Shown piece by piece: positions 50,501 through 63,564 of a stretch of 64,000 nt of DNA (positions are counted from its first letter, which is position 1; every line of letters begins with the position of its first letter). The notes beneath the pieces were generated by a model. That model worked only from the letters and a program-made list of their open reading frames with translations, was not told the DNA's origin and did not search any database. Source of the stretch: Saprolegnia diclina VS20 (Eukaryota); the NCBI RefSeq assembly GCF_000281045.1, contig NW_008246103.1:150582-214581 (forward strand), in the 5' to 3' direction. The position numbers were made by a program, and so were the translations under genes.

Positions 50501-53500
50501 ACTTCAAGTATGACGCGTCGTTGTCATACTTTTCGATGCTCGTGCCGACGCAAGACACGACGCGGTTCCGGTACCTGCTGGAGCGTCTCATGTCCAACAA
50601 CCACCACGTGCTTTACAGGTAGATCCATATAGCAGGGTTAGGGTATCTCATTCGTTGTCGTATAGTGGCGAGACGGGCGTCGGGAAGAGCGTCGTGATTC
50701 AGTCGTTTCTAGATGAAATGGCCAAGACCGACAACTTTGTCGCGGCAACCATGGGCTACAGTGCGCAAACCAAGCCCGCGAATCTCAACGAAATGCTCGA
50801 ACTCAAACTCGAAAAGAAGCGCAAGAATCTTCTCGGGCCGCCCTCGGGCAAGAAGATGCTCATGTTCATCGACGACCTCAACATGCCGGCGCTCGAGGTC
50901 TACGGCGCGCAGCCCCCCAACGAGCTCCTTCGTCAAGTTATTGACCAGAACGGGTACTATGATACGGACAAGATGTTCTTCAAGAACGTGACCAACGTCG
51001 TCTTTGCGGCCGCGTGCGCGCCCCCCGGCGGCGGGCGCAGCGAGGTAACGCCCCGTTTGATACGGCACTTCCACATGGTCTGGATCCCGAATCTGTCGCC
51101 GGACGCCATGACTCAAATCTTCGTCTCGATCCTCAGCGGGTTTCTCGAGCTCGAAGTGCCGTCCCTCGCGCACATGGGCCGGCCGATCGTCTCGGCCAGT
51201 GTCCAGCTCTACCAGCGCGTCGAGGCCGAGTTGCTTCCGACGCCGTCCAAGTCGCACTACACGTTCAACCTCCGCGATCTCTCCAAAGTGTTTCAAGGGG
51301 TCCTCATGATCACGAAGGAGCATGCGTCGTCGATTGACGCGCTCGTTCAGCTCTGGCTGCACGAAGAAGCGCGGGTCTTCCGGGACCGTCTCATCGACGG
51401 TGCCGATCGCACGTGGTTCAACACGGCGTGCGCGGCGCTGCTGGAGACGCATTTGCAGTTGTACTGGGAACCTTCAACGTTTGAGCATCTCTTGTATGGC
51501 GATTTTGTGTCGCGCGACAACAAGAAGTACCAGAGCATTGACGACATGGGCCGCCTCAACACGCTCCTGCTCGAGTACCTTGAAGAGTACAACATTACGT
51601 TTCCAAGCCAAATGTACCTCGTCTTCTTCAACGACGCGATCCACCACGTGAGCCGCATCTGCCGCATTCTGCGCCAGCCGCGCGGGAACGCGCTGCTCGT
51701 CGGCGTCGGCGGGTCGGGGCGACAGAGTTTGACGCGCCTCGCGGCCTTTATGGCCGACTACAAGTGCTTCTCGATCGAGATCACGCGCGGGTACGGCCCC
51801 AACGAATTCCACGAAGACCTAAAGAAAATTCTCATGGTCGCTGGCGCCGAGGCCAAGCCCGTGGTATTTCTCTTCTCGGACACGCAAATCGTCGTCGAGT
51901 CGTTCTTGGAGGACATCAACAATGTGCTCAACACGGGCGACGTCCCGAATCTGTATGCGGCTGACGAAATGGAGAAGATCGTGGGCATGGTCCGGCCGCT
52001 CGCCGCGGCGCTCGGCAAGATGACGCGCGAAGACATTATTGCGCACTACATTATGCTCGTGCGCGAGAATTTGCACATGGTGCTCGCGTTTTCGCCGATC
52101 GGCGGCGGGTTCCGGAACCGGTGCCGCATGTTTCCATCGCTCGTCAATTGCTGCACGATCGATTGGTTCTCGGCGTGGCCCGAAGACGCGCTCAACTCGG
52201 TCGCGATTCGGTTCCTTGCGGCCGCCGCCGAAGAGCTCGGCATTGACAAGCACGTGCAGTCGCTCTGCGGCATGGCCGTCACGATCCATCGCAGCGTCGA
52301 AGTCGCGACCGCCAAGTACTTTAAGGAGCTCAAGCGCCAAACGTACACGACGCCGACCTCGTACCTCGAGCTCATTCGGCTCTACGTCGACATGCTCCGC
52401 ACGCAGCGCGGGCTGGTCAAGGCCAAGGAAGCGCGGTACCGCGGTGGTCTCAAGAAGCTTGCCGAGACCGAGGACATTGTCGGAAATTTGAAAGTCGAGC
52501 TTACGGAGCTCCAACCCGTCCTTGTCAAGAGCCAAAAGGAGACGTCGGACCTCCTGATCCAAGTGAGCAAGGACCAGGAGGAAGCCGATAAGCAACAAGT
52601 GCTCATTGAAGCGGACGTGCGCGCGGCCAACTTGATTGCCGATGAAGTCAAGATCATCAAAGATGACTGTCAGAAGGATCTGGACGAAGCGATGCCAGCG
52701 TACTACGCTGCGATCGGCGCACTCAACTCGCTCAAGAAGGACGACATTACGGTGCTCAAGACGTTTACGAACCCCCCCAAGATGGTCGGCGTCACGCTCA
52801 ATGCAGTCTGCCTTCTCTTTGGCGCCAAGCAAGAGTGGAATGAAGCGAAGAAGCTCTTGAACGACATGAAGTTCCTCGACAAGCTCAAGGAGTACGACAA
52901 GGACAACATTCCGACAAAGACGATTCGGCAATTGGCCAAATTCATGCAAGACGACGAGTTTACGCCCGAGAACCTCTCGTCCATCTCGTCGGCCGCCACG
53001 TCGCTCTGCATGTGGGTGCGCGCCATGTACACGTACGACACGGTCGCCAAGAACATTGGCCCCAAGAAGGAAAAGCTCAAGGCCGCGGAGGCGTCGCTCG
53101 CCGAAGAGCAGGCAAAGCTCGATGTCAAGCAAGCAGGTTTGAACGAAGTGCTGGCCAAAGTGGCTGCGCTCAAGCGCACACTCCAAGGCGCCCAAAAGAA
53201 AAAGTCGGATTTGGAGGCCCAGACGTCGCTGACGCAAGCCCAGCTCGTGCGCGCCGAGAAGCTCATCGATTCGCTGGGCGAAGAGAAAGGACGGTGGAGC
53301 GACTGCGCCGACTCGCTCAAGATCGACATGGTCAACCTCGTCGGCAACATGATCTTGTCGTCGGGCTGCATTGCGTATCTCGGGCCGTTCACGGCCGAGT
53401 TTCGCCACGAGCTCCAGACCATGTGGGTGAGCTGCTGCAAGGAGCTCAACTTGCCCGTCGATTCGAACTTCAGCCTCGAGCGCATCTTAAGCGACCCGGT

Positions 53501-56500
53501 CGTTGTGCGGGAGTGGAACATCATGGGGCTCCCGGCCGACGCTTTCTCGACCGAGAACGGGCTCTTTGCGACCATGGGTCGTCGCTGGCCGCTCATGATC
53601 GACCCGCAAGGCCAAGCCAACAAGTGGATCAAGAACATGTACAAGACGAGCAACCTCCAGATCATCAAGCTGTCGGAGAAGGATTTCTTGCGCACGCTCG
53701 AAAATGCCATTCGGTACGGCATGCCGGTCTTGCTCGAGAACGTCGAGGAGGAGCTCGACCCGAGCTTGGAGCCGGTCTTGCTCAAGCAAGTGTTCAAGCG
53801 GTCGGGCCAAAACCTGCTGCATTTGGGCGACGCCGACATTCCGTACTCGGACGCATTCCGGTTTTATATTACGACCAAGCTGGCCAACCCGCATTACATG
53901 CCCGAGGTGTGCATCAAAGTGACCGTCATCAACTTTACCGTCACGCTCACGGGGCTTGAAGACCAGCTGCTTGTCGACGTGGTCCGCAACGAGCGCCCTG
54001 ACTTGGAGCAAAAGAAGGACGAGCTCACGGTCGCGATTGCGAGCGACAAGAAGGCGCTGAAGGAAATCGAGGACAAGATCTTGTACATGCTCGAAAACTC
54101 CAAGGGCAACATTTTGGACGACGAAGAGCTTATCGACACGCTGGCGCACTCGAAAGTGACGTCGAGTGCGATCAAAACGCGCATGTCGGAAGCCGAAGTG
54201 ACCTCGAAAGAAATCAACACGACGCGCGAAGGCTACCGCTGCGTCGCGGTCCGCGGGTCGATCATCTACTTTGTGATTGCCAATCTTGCGCTCGTGGACC
54301 CCATGTACCAGTACTCGCTGCAATACTACCAAAAGCTCTTCGTGATGCGCCTCGAAGCAAGCCCCAAGTCGGACGTGCTCTCGGAGCGGCTCGAGATTCT
54401 CATGAACGACGTGACCATGTCCATGTACGTCAACGTCTGCCGCGGGCTCTTTGAGAAGGACAAGGTCATCTTTGCCTTTATGATTGTCGCATCGATCCTT
54501 CGCCAGCGCCACGCGATTTCGGCGGCCGAGTGGAACTTTTACCTCATTGGCGCCAAACGGTATGCGATATATATCATTTCTTGTAGACGGAAGACTGACA
54601 AATGAGTTGGCAGAACACACCCGCTGGACGCCAGCGCCAAGCCGTCGTGGGTCCCCGAGCGAGTGTGGATCGGCCTCGAGACGCTGCTGGAAGTCAACCC
54701 CGACGCGTTTGGCCCCGTGATTCCGTCGCTCAACGACTTTACAACGTCGTGGAAAGAGTCCATCTTGTACTCGGAGCTGCCGCACCAAGAGCCCATTCCT
54801 GGTAGTCTCAACGAGTCGCTCACGAATTTTCAAAAGCTCTTGCTTCTCCGCGTCTTTCGGGAAGAAATGCTCGTCTTTGGCACGCGCGAGTTTGTCGGGC
54901 GCGAAGCCGGCGCATTTTTCACCGAGTCGCCGCCGTTCGACTTGAAGGGCTGCTACACGGACTCGGCGCCGGACATTCCGCTCATCTTTGTGCTCAGTCC
55001 TGGCGCCGACATCACCGACTACCTCCTCGAACTCGCCAAAGCCGAAGGCAAAGACGGAGCGGGGCTCAAGATCATTTCGCTTGGCCAAGGCCAAGGGCCG
55101 ATCGCCGAGGCCTTGATGAAGCAAGCGCGCGAAACGGGCGAGTGGGTCTGTCTCCAAAACTGCCACCTGGCCGTGAGCTGGCTCGGCAAGCTCGAGCAGA
55201 TTCTCGAGAAAAGCAAGGAGCTCGAGATCCACAGCGAATTTCGACTTTGGCTCACGAGCATGCCCAGGTACCCACAACTTTTTTTCTACTTACGAAACAA
55301 CAAATGTGGACACTATTAGCTCCAAATTCCCAGTCCCGATTCTGCAAAATGGTATCAAAATCACCAACGAACCGCCGAAAGGCATGCGCGCGAACCTCGG
55401 ACGCACGTTTCTCGACATGAAGGAGACCGACTACGAGGGCTGCACAAAGCCGCGCGAGTACAAGAAGTTTATCTTTGCCCTCGCGTTCTACAACGCGCTG
55501 TGCTTGGAGCGACGCAAGTTTGGCGCTGTCGGCTGGAACATCCCGTACGAATGGATGAACTCGGACCTCAAGACGGGCATGCAGCAAGTCAAACTATACC
55601 TCGAGGAGCAAGACGAAGTCCCGTTCATTACGCTCAACGTCATGGTCGCCGACATTACGTACGGTGGCCGCATCACCGATCGCTGGGACAAGCGCACCAA
55701 CTCGTCGCTCATGCGCAAGCTCTTTCACGACGAGCTTCTCGACGACGACTACAAGTTTGCCTCGTCGGCAACGTACTTTGCACCGGCCACCGGGTCGCTC
55801 GACGAGTGCCGCAAGTATGTGACGTCGCTTCCGAACGTCGACGCGCCCGACATATTTGGCCTCCACGCCAACGCCGACATTACGTTTCAGCAAAAGGAGA
55901 CTAGCATGCTCCTCTCGACGATGCTGTGCATGCTCGGCGGCGGCGGTGGCGGCGGCGGCGAAGCCAGCGAGAGCGACGACTTGGTCATGGAACTCGTGCT
56001 CGCGATCCAAGGCCGCATTCCCGACGCGTTCGACGAAGCGTCGGCGCACCCCGAGACGTTCAAAGAAACGTCCGGAAGCCGCAATTCGCTCGGCGTCTTC
56101 CTCGGCCAGGAGCTCATTCGCTTCAACGGCCTCATGCACGTCATGAAGAGCACGCTCGAGAGTCTCAAGCGCGCGATCAAGGGCCTCGTCGTCATGTCCG
56201 GGCCGCTCGAACGCATGTACAGCGGCTTCCTCCTCCAGAAAATCCCAAAAGAGTGGGAGGACGCCGGGTACCCGTGCCTCAAGCCGCTCTCGTCGTGGAC
56301 CGAAGATTTCTTCCGGCGCCTTGAGGTCCTCGGCGATTGGCTTGTACACGGCCCGCCCGTGAGCTACTGGCTGCCCGGGTTCTTCTTTCCGCAAGGGTTT
56401 ATGACTGGCGTCAAGCAAGTGTTTTCGCGCGAGCACAAGATCGCGATCGACGCGCTCATCGTCACTTGCGAGGTGCTTGGCTACGGCCCCGAAGGCGCAA

Positions 56501-56829
56501 AGGCTCCACCACCCTTTGGCGTCTACATCTTTGGACTCTTTATGGAAGGCGCGCGCTTTGACCGCAATACGATGCAGATCGGCGAGTCCAAGCCCGGCGA
56601 GCTCTTTGATAAGATGCCCATCATCTGGCTCAAGCCCACGCGGAGCATCGAGTACAAGCCCAAAGATGTGTACGAGTGTCCGCTGTACAAGACGTCGACG
56701 CGCGCCGGGACGCTCTCGACGACGGGGCACTCGACCAACTTTGTCGTCGCCCTCGACATTCCGAGCAAGAAGAGCCAGGACCATTGGATTCGGCGCGGCT
56801 GCGCGATGCTGTGCATGCTCGACACCTAG
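44530..56829 (+). CDS. DNAH6: Axonemal inner-arm dynein heavy chain, DNAH6-like; introns 50619-50665, 54560-54613, 55268-55319
   Basis: Intact AAA1 GPAGTGKTET / WACFDEFNR / TMNPGYAGRTELPDNLK, YDFGMRAVKSVL, AAA2 GEAGSGKS, AAA3 GETGVGKS, AAA4 GVGGSGRQS, RRWPLMIDPQGQA, YECPLYKT..RAGTLSTTGHSTNFV. The subfamily assignment is from recalled motifs and less certain than the family. Confidence 0.95.
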
Positions 56830-57275
56830 TCCTTGTAGATATATATAGTGCGATGCATGCTAGGAAATATACACTGTCGCAGCAGTTTTGGTGTCGCTCG
56901 AGACCGCGCAGTCGTGCGGTATCAGCGCAAGAAGGTGTCGTCGTACCAAACTGCAAACGTCGATACAAACATATTGACCGCGCTCGTCGACAGCATCCAG
57001 ACTCGAGCCTCTTGCACCTCGAGCAGAGCTCCGGCAGCGAGATCGGGTATGTATCCTGCTCGTACATGACCAACACCGACTGCATCTGGTACGGTGAGCG
57101 AGCCTCCACCAGACCCTCTGGTTCCGCCTGCCATTTTGAACCAACCAAGCATCTCGATGTGCCGCTGCACCCTGAGTACTCTGCCTCTCGCAAAGGACCT
57201 TCAACACCACATGAAGAGCTTGCGTCTGCTAGCCGCAAGCAATAACTAGATACTAAACAAAGATATGCCAACCAA

Positions 57276-58226
57276 TTACGTGGGGAGCGACGGTTTTCGC
57301 TGCAGGACCATCATGTGAATCTTGTGGTGGGCGACGTCTCGCTCGGGTACCGAGAGCTCGTAATACTCGCGCTTGGCCTTGGTTTCCCAGGCGAGGATCC
57401 AGTTGTGGATGATGTCCTGGCAACGCTCTCGCTCGCGCGGCCCGAGCTCATAGTACTTGGTGTTCTCGACCTTCTCAAAGAGCTGGACTAGTTTCTGGTG
57501 CGGGTGCGCGCTCGGCTTGGTCTTGTGAAGCTTCCGGTTGTGCTGCTTGAAGAGTTCTTGGAGCTCCCGCTCGTCCTGCTCAAGCTGCCGCTGCGATGAC
57601 GTTGCCATCGACGAGGCTCGGCGCGGCTCCTTGGCCTTGTCTACTGCGTCTGGCTGTCGAATGCGCTGTGGCCGCTTGGCGCTCGACGCGTCGCTGACGG
57701 AGCGCGTCAGCGAATTCGTGCGCGGACTCGACGGCGGCGACGTGCTGGGCTTGCGCCGCTTGACCTGCGACGAGCTATCGCCGACAGTGTACGCTGGCGC
57801 AGCCACCGACGCCATGGCGCTGGCAGGTGCCCATGAGCACTCGACCTCGTCGTGCTCGGGAATGCTCGAGTGCTTGACTGGTCGGCGCGCCATTTGGCTC
57901 GAATGGCGTTTGGAGCTGCGGCCGTCGAGGCTGGACGATGACGACGATGCGCTGCTTCGCGCGTGCTTGACCTTGTCGTTGTGCTCCTTGAGCATCTGCT
58001 TGAGGACGTCTTCGTCCGAGAGCTTGCCGGGCTTGACCTTGGCCGGCGGCGGGTTGGCGGGGCTTGGCCGGCGCTTCGTCTCGGGCGACCGGTAGCCCGG
58101 ATGCTGCACCTGGAACCACTCCCAGTTGCGCATCTGCTCCTCGCTGTCCATCTCGTCGTCCGCGACCGAGAGGTCCATCCACTCTTGCCGCGCATCGATG
58201 ACCAGCGCCGGGACCTTGGCCGCCAT
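57276..58226 (-). CDS. Hypothetical Ser/Pro/basic low-complexity protein with two LKEHN/FKQHN-like repeats
   Basis: Long ORF with coding-like codon usage; internal repeats LKQMLKEHNDKV / LQELFKQHNRKL and two YYEL..ER motifs. Confidence 0.65.
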   Translation of the reverse strand: MAAKVPALVIDARQEWMDLSVADDEMDSEEQMRNWEWFQVQHPGYRSPETKRRPSPANPPPAKVKPGKLSDEDVLKQMLKEHNDKVKHARSSASSSSSSLDGRSSKRHSSQMARRPVKHSSIPEHDEVECSWAPASAMASVAAPAYTVGDSSSQVKRRKPSTSPPSSPRTNSLTRSVSDASSAKRPQRIRQPDAVDKAKEPRRASSMATSSQRQLEQDERELQELFKQHNRKLHKTKPSAHPHQKLVQLFEKVENTKYYELGPRERERCQDIIHNWILAWETKAKREYYELSVPERDVAHHKIHMMVLQRKPSLPT

Positions 58227-58600
58227 GCTTTTATCAAATGCTAGAGGTTGTTGCACCAACATATCCATTTTTGCAGTGTCGGCTAAGAAAACCGGACAAC
58301 GGTTGCGTGTGTAAAACAGGCGTTACATCGCGTTTAGGTGTGAAATTGTGTGTGTGAAATATGTCCTCGACACCGAACCCACTAGGCAGGGGACAGCTAT
58401 AATAGCAAAGCTCATCAACAGAAGCGATCGACACGAGTCATGCGACAGGTCGTACACGAAGCTCTCGATGACCGCCGAATGGACTATAAAAAGGATCAAC
58501 TTGATGCAGGAACGAAAATACACACGGTTTCGCGCGCCTTCTTGCTCGCAAAACGACTGCACGAGTGCACTCTGGCGCTGCGATGGAGAGTCCTGCAGCA

Positions 58601-61600
58601 ATGAGCCTCGACGCGCTGCTTCAGGCGGCGCTGGCGCCGGGCACAGAGCGCGAAGCACTGTGGAAAGTTGTGCTCGACCGGCTCATCGAGGTCGACGGGT
58701 CGCAGCTGCCGACAGTGGTGACGCATGTGCGCCGCGCGCTTCAAGACGCGACCTGCGCGCCCATTCATTGTCTCGTCTACCAAGTAGCTGTCCCATCACC
58801 ATGTGGATCGACCGATATATACACTTGTTAGGTCGTCAAAAAACTCGGGTGCCGCGGCGAAGTCGAGCGCAAGCTGCTCATCAAGGAGGACATTCCAAAG
58901 CGCATGCTCGTGGCCATGGACGCTGCGATGGACGATGCCAACGCCATGGCCCTTGGCCTTCAAGCCCTCTACCCGCTCGCGTTTGACGCGCCCCACCGCA
59001 CGTACCTCCTCCACTGCGGCAGCTTGCCCGTCGCGCTCCGGGCGATGCAGTTGCACAAAAGCCACTTTGCGACGACGACCCACGGCAGCAAGTTTCTCCA
59101 GCTCATGGCCTTTGACGACGACTGCAAAACAGTGATCGTCGACGCATTTGGGCTGCCGATTGTGCTGGACGCGCTCTTGGCCTTTGCGTCGGACAAGGAC
59201 CTCGCCGTGAGCGCGTCCGACTTGGTGTATTTTCTGGTCGCCGACCTCGAGCCCGGCAGTGCGCCGATCCGCGGGCTCGAAGCGCGCATTATCGCCGCCT
59301 CGACGTGCATCATGAACCAGCACCGCAGCGATGACCGCGTGCAGTCGCACGGTGTCGCCATCTTGAACAGGTAGGAATGCCAGCGGCAAAAAGGCCTTAT
59401 TTAGGGGTGCTAGCTTGACCGAGCACGCTGATGCCCGACCGCTCTTGTGTACGTGCGAGGTGCTGCTTGCGATCGAAGATGCGCTTGGTGCGACATACGA
59501 TGCAACTGCCGACGCACTCGTCTTGCTCTACGAGCTGTGCCAAGACGCTATGTGCCGTGCAAAGATCGGACGATGTTTACGCCGGTATGCCGTGGCCGGT
59601 TGCCTCGTCTCAACTGAAACGTCCTAGACGCGGAGATGGACGGCCGTCGTTGCTCGAGAAGCTCGAGACGATCCAAGTCGAGAACGACGACCTTGACAGT
59701 CGCGAACGCATTCAGTATCTTCAGGAGGCGCTGTTGGAGGCAAGGGCGAGTGATGTCGTGACGCTCGACGAGCTCGCAACCGCCACTCTTGAGACAGTGC
59801 CGCCACCGACGGCCCGCGTTGCACCGCTACCCAAGGCGAGTTTGGTGCTCGAAACAGCGACAAATGAGATCTCGGACGCGCTCCTGTCACCGTCCACAAA
59901 GTCGGTGGTCGATGCTGACGTACGAGCCCCGACGCTGGCGGCGATCGCAGAAGGCGAAGACGACGTGCAGGGATGCGCACCCAAAGACGAACTCAACAGC
60001 AACTGCTTTCCAGCGTCCTATTTCTCTGCGACCGCGCCGGACAAGTTGACGGATTTCACATCGAAAGAAGTTGCGGACGAGCCGCCCGTCAAGATTCTCT
60101 ACAGCCGTACGCCTGTCACGAATATTGTCCCCAGCGTCAAAGTCACAAGCGTCGCCGCGGCAGAGCCACCCAAGCCGATAGCATTCCAACCTACAACACG
60201 AGACGACGACACATCGTGGGCGCAAACATCGACATCGGTCCTTGCGATCGAGCAGCTCGAAGCACAGTACCAGGAAGCAGCTGCCGAAGCCATTGAGCGA
60301 GAGCGCGCCAAGACGCGAAAACTGCTCTTCAACTACAAACTCCTTCAGCGTCGACTGGCCGAACAACACAAGCTCCTTTGCGTCCATAACGAGCGGTCGG
60401 TCGCCGACTCGGAGATCCACGAAGCACTCTTGACGCGCGTGACGCACCTCGAGACGGCGCTCGGCGAAGCCCAGCGGACGTGCGAAGCCGAGCGCAGTGC
60501 CCGCTTGTCGCACGAAACCGAGGCGATGAAGGCCCACGGCGCGCTCGCCGCCGCGCTCACGTCGCTCGAGGAGCAAAAGACACGAGTCTTCAAGGAGAAA
60601 ATGGTGGGGGAAAAGCAGTTTGTCGATGTCCAGCACGCCGCCCAAGCGTTATCGGCCGAGAAAGACGTGCTTCTTGAGAGCCTCAAGACGTCGCACGAGT
60701 GTCAGCGGCTTCTCGAGACGCAACTCGTAGGGCCTTGCAGTCATTTTGTCATCTACTAGATTGCTGTATTTGCATTAGGAAGCTGTCACCGCTGAAATGG
60801 CGCAATGCAAGCGTGAATCGCTCGAAAATTTACTCATGCGCGAAGACGATGTCGAGATTCCAATGCCAAGTACCTACTACGTGCAGGCATCGCCCATGCC
60901 CAAGCGGTCGACCAAGTACGCGCTGCACGGTCTTGCGAGCCCCACGATTGAAGTCTCGAACGAGCCGGAACTCAAAGACAAGAAGGCGATTGGTACGGTC
61001 TTTGGCGCATGGTTGAGCGCAAATTTCCGAATTATTGGCGTAGAAACCTTTCTCTTTCGCACGTACAAATGCCTTGAAGCGTGCTCGGAAGGCCACGGCG
61101 TGCACTTTTCGATCCTTCGACGGTACTTTGTCGACACGGGGCTCGTGACGCCACCCCTCCTGCTCGGCGACGTGGACATGACCCTCAACAAGATCCTCGC
61201 AGTCGCCCAAGACAACAAGCTCAAAGTCAAGCAGCGGAAAGACTACGAGTTTGGCGCGTGTCCCGTGCGACCCAACTTTGGGAAGCTCCGGCACCGATAC
61301 TTTAGCCGGAGCCTGTTCTGCGAAGCCGTCACGCTCGTGGGGGCGAAACGATACCCAGATGTTGAAACCCCGGAAATGCTTCGGCTCGTCATTTTGCACC
61401 ACCTCAACCCGTTTTCCAAGAGCATTGAAGCCAAAGGCGACGTGCAGCTGCTCGTGAGCTGCTACGACGCATTTGGGTTCCTCAAGGTGCTTTTGGACGC
61501 ACTGCACGCGCAGTTGAAGACAGAGAAGACACCCGACTCGCGACCTGAAAGCCTCAGCCACGACCAAATCGTGGGAGCCATGCTCGAGATGGTTCCGATT

Positions 61601-62154
61601 CTCCAACGCGAGCAAAAGCCACTCCGGGTGCGTCTGTATTTTCTCAACAATTTTTCATGCGGACGATAGATCATGTGCGAGTTTTACACGTCAACCCACG
61701 ACGTCTGCAAAGACGACGCCCTCGATATGGGGTTGGAGAGCCTTGTACGTTGTGTGTTTGTGTTTGGCGTGAAATTTGACGTTGAGTTTGAGAAAAATTG
61801 ATGTAGGTGAGCTTTGCCGTGGACTTTGAAATTATTCCGGCATTTCTGGATCGATTGGCGGTCAAACGGCTCTACAAGGAGGTCCTCACGTACGTCAAGA
61901 CGTTCCTCGCGCGCTACAGCGGGTTTCCTTGCCCGATTGACAAGAAGAAATACGTTGCGTTCTACATCCTCCTCATGCGCCTTGCCGTCGACATCTTCAA
62001 GGACAAGCGCGACTACGAGATGCCCGAGACCCAAATCACAGGCCTGCTGCAGTGGCTCGACAACTCGCGCGGCCGCGGCCGTATCATCCGCAAAGGCAGT
62101 GTGCACGCCGGCATCAAGTTTTCTCACAAACTCTACACGGTCAAAGGCTCGTAA
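58601..62154 (+). CDS. Hypothetical multi-exon protein: helical (ARM-like) N-terminus, central coiled coil, helical C-terminal domain
   Basis: Consecutive coding-like ORFs joined by short GT-AG introns (e.g. 58783-58831, 59371-59413). Coiled-coil segment at ~60240-60720; stop at 62154. Confidence 0.7.
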
Positions 62155-62321
62155 TGCATGCAATACGCTTTGGTGGATGCGATTACCAAGTTGGCGCGGG
62201 TCATGCTGTCTCTTGATAGCTTTCGCTTGAATGACAACGATAAATGCTACACGTAACGTTAGGGAGCTACGTAGCTACTGTACGTTAGGGTAATAATACC
62301 AACACGTCGCTGGCGCCGACC

Positions 62322-62756
62322 TTATCCGGACACTGTTATCTGGATGAAATGCGCTCGGTGCAACTGCCCAGGAGCTTGTTGACGAAGTTTGAAGTTTTTT
62401 ACGGAGTCGCATGTTTCGTTATATATACATAGCTGGTGACGCAGGGAGCCCAAAAACCAACGAATCGTGCTCGTAGCGCGCCTACAGCCTGTGCTATACG
62501 CATTTCTGCAAATATGCTCGATGATGCAATGATACATTGATACTAAATGCAGTATCAGTTTCTTCAACTTGAACGGCGCATTGCACAGGCTGTAGGCACG
62601 CTACGAGCACGATTCTTTGGTTTTTGGGCTCCCTGCATCACCAGCTACGTATATATAACGAAACATGCGACTCCGTAAAAACTTCAAACTTCGTCAACAA
62701 GCTCCTGAGCAGCGGCACAGTGCACATTTCATCCGGATAAAGATTTCCGGATAAAA
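62322..62756. mobile_element. Palindromic foldback / MITE-like element, copy 2 (opposite orientation to copy 1)
   Basis: Arms ~62322-62494 and ~62583-62756 are reverse complements with long exact runs. Tandem TCCGGA termini. Shares the CAGGGAGCCCAAAAACCAA..GTGCTCGTAGCG.CCTACAG.CTGTGC core and the loop region with 14732-15191. Confidence 0.8.
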
Positions 62757-63564
62757 TATCCGCAGCCTGTACCGCTTTTGGCCATGCGGTACTGCGACCG
62801 TCAAACCTACAGCTGACTCTGGGGCGCCCAGGCCTGGTCTGATTCGGCACCTTGTTGGCTGCGTGGGCATCTTATTGAACTTGCGCCGTCCGCATGGGGG
62901 GATCCGTTGGCAGACGGGTTTGCGGACGCAAGGACTCGCTACCACTACTAAGTACAGGCTGGCGCCTACGCTGTGGCATATACTTGATGTGGGGTCGCAA
63001 TACAGAATTCATCGACTTACACTGTAAGCGGCGTCAATCGACAACGCAATCGATGGCGCCAACACCAGCGTCCTCAGCTCAGATTCGATTTTCGAAGCCG
63101 AGCTATATTTAGATCCATACAAATGCCAAGTGGTTTCGGCGGCTCGTACGCTAATTTACACTTTTGGTTCCCTTTTACAGTATATAGTGCTACAAACTCA
63201 CTTCGGGGAGTGAAGCTTTCTTTGTCGGCGAGGGCTTGCAGCATTCCAAATGCAAGAATCGCATCCCTAGGAAAAGCATGGTCTTGAAGCAAGCTATGCT
63301 TCTATACTTCAATCATGGCCATACAACCCAGGGCAACGCCATACTTGTACACTATTTGCGTCGAGAGAGCACCCAAAATACCACCGAACTTCGAAGCCCG
63401 AATTTCGTAGTGCAGAGGCTGCTGCGTATTTTAATCTTTTGTTTTAATCAATAGCAGTGTTTGTAAGCAAATGTCTGAATTATTTTGCACTGCGCAAGAT
63501 ACGCTGGATGTCGTTCCAACTTCGATCTTAATTCGACTTTGCCCATCGCCGAGTCAGTAGCAGC

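Noticed and set aside
62250..62295. Two CGTTAGGG motifs left of foldback copy 2
   Set aside because: Not a tandem telomeric array; only two dispersed units.
63000..63450. AT-richer segment with a 72-aa minus-strand ORF (FTPRSEFVALY)
   Set aside because: Vague resemblance to Crinkler-type fragments only; no LFLAK/HVLV motif and the frame is broken.
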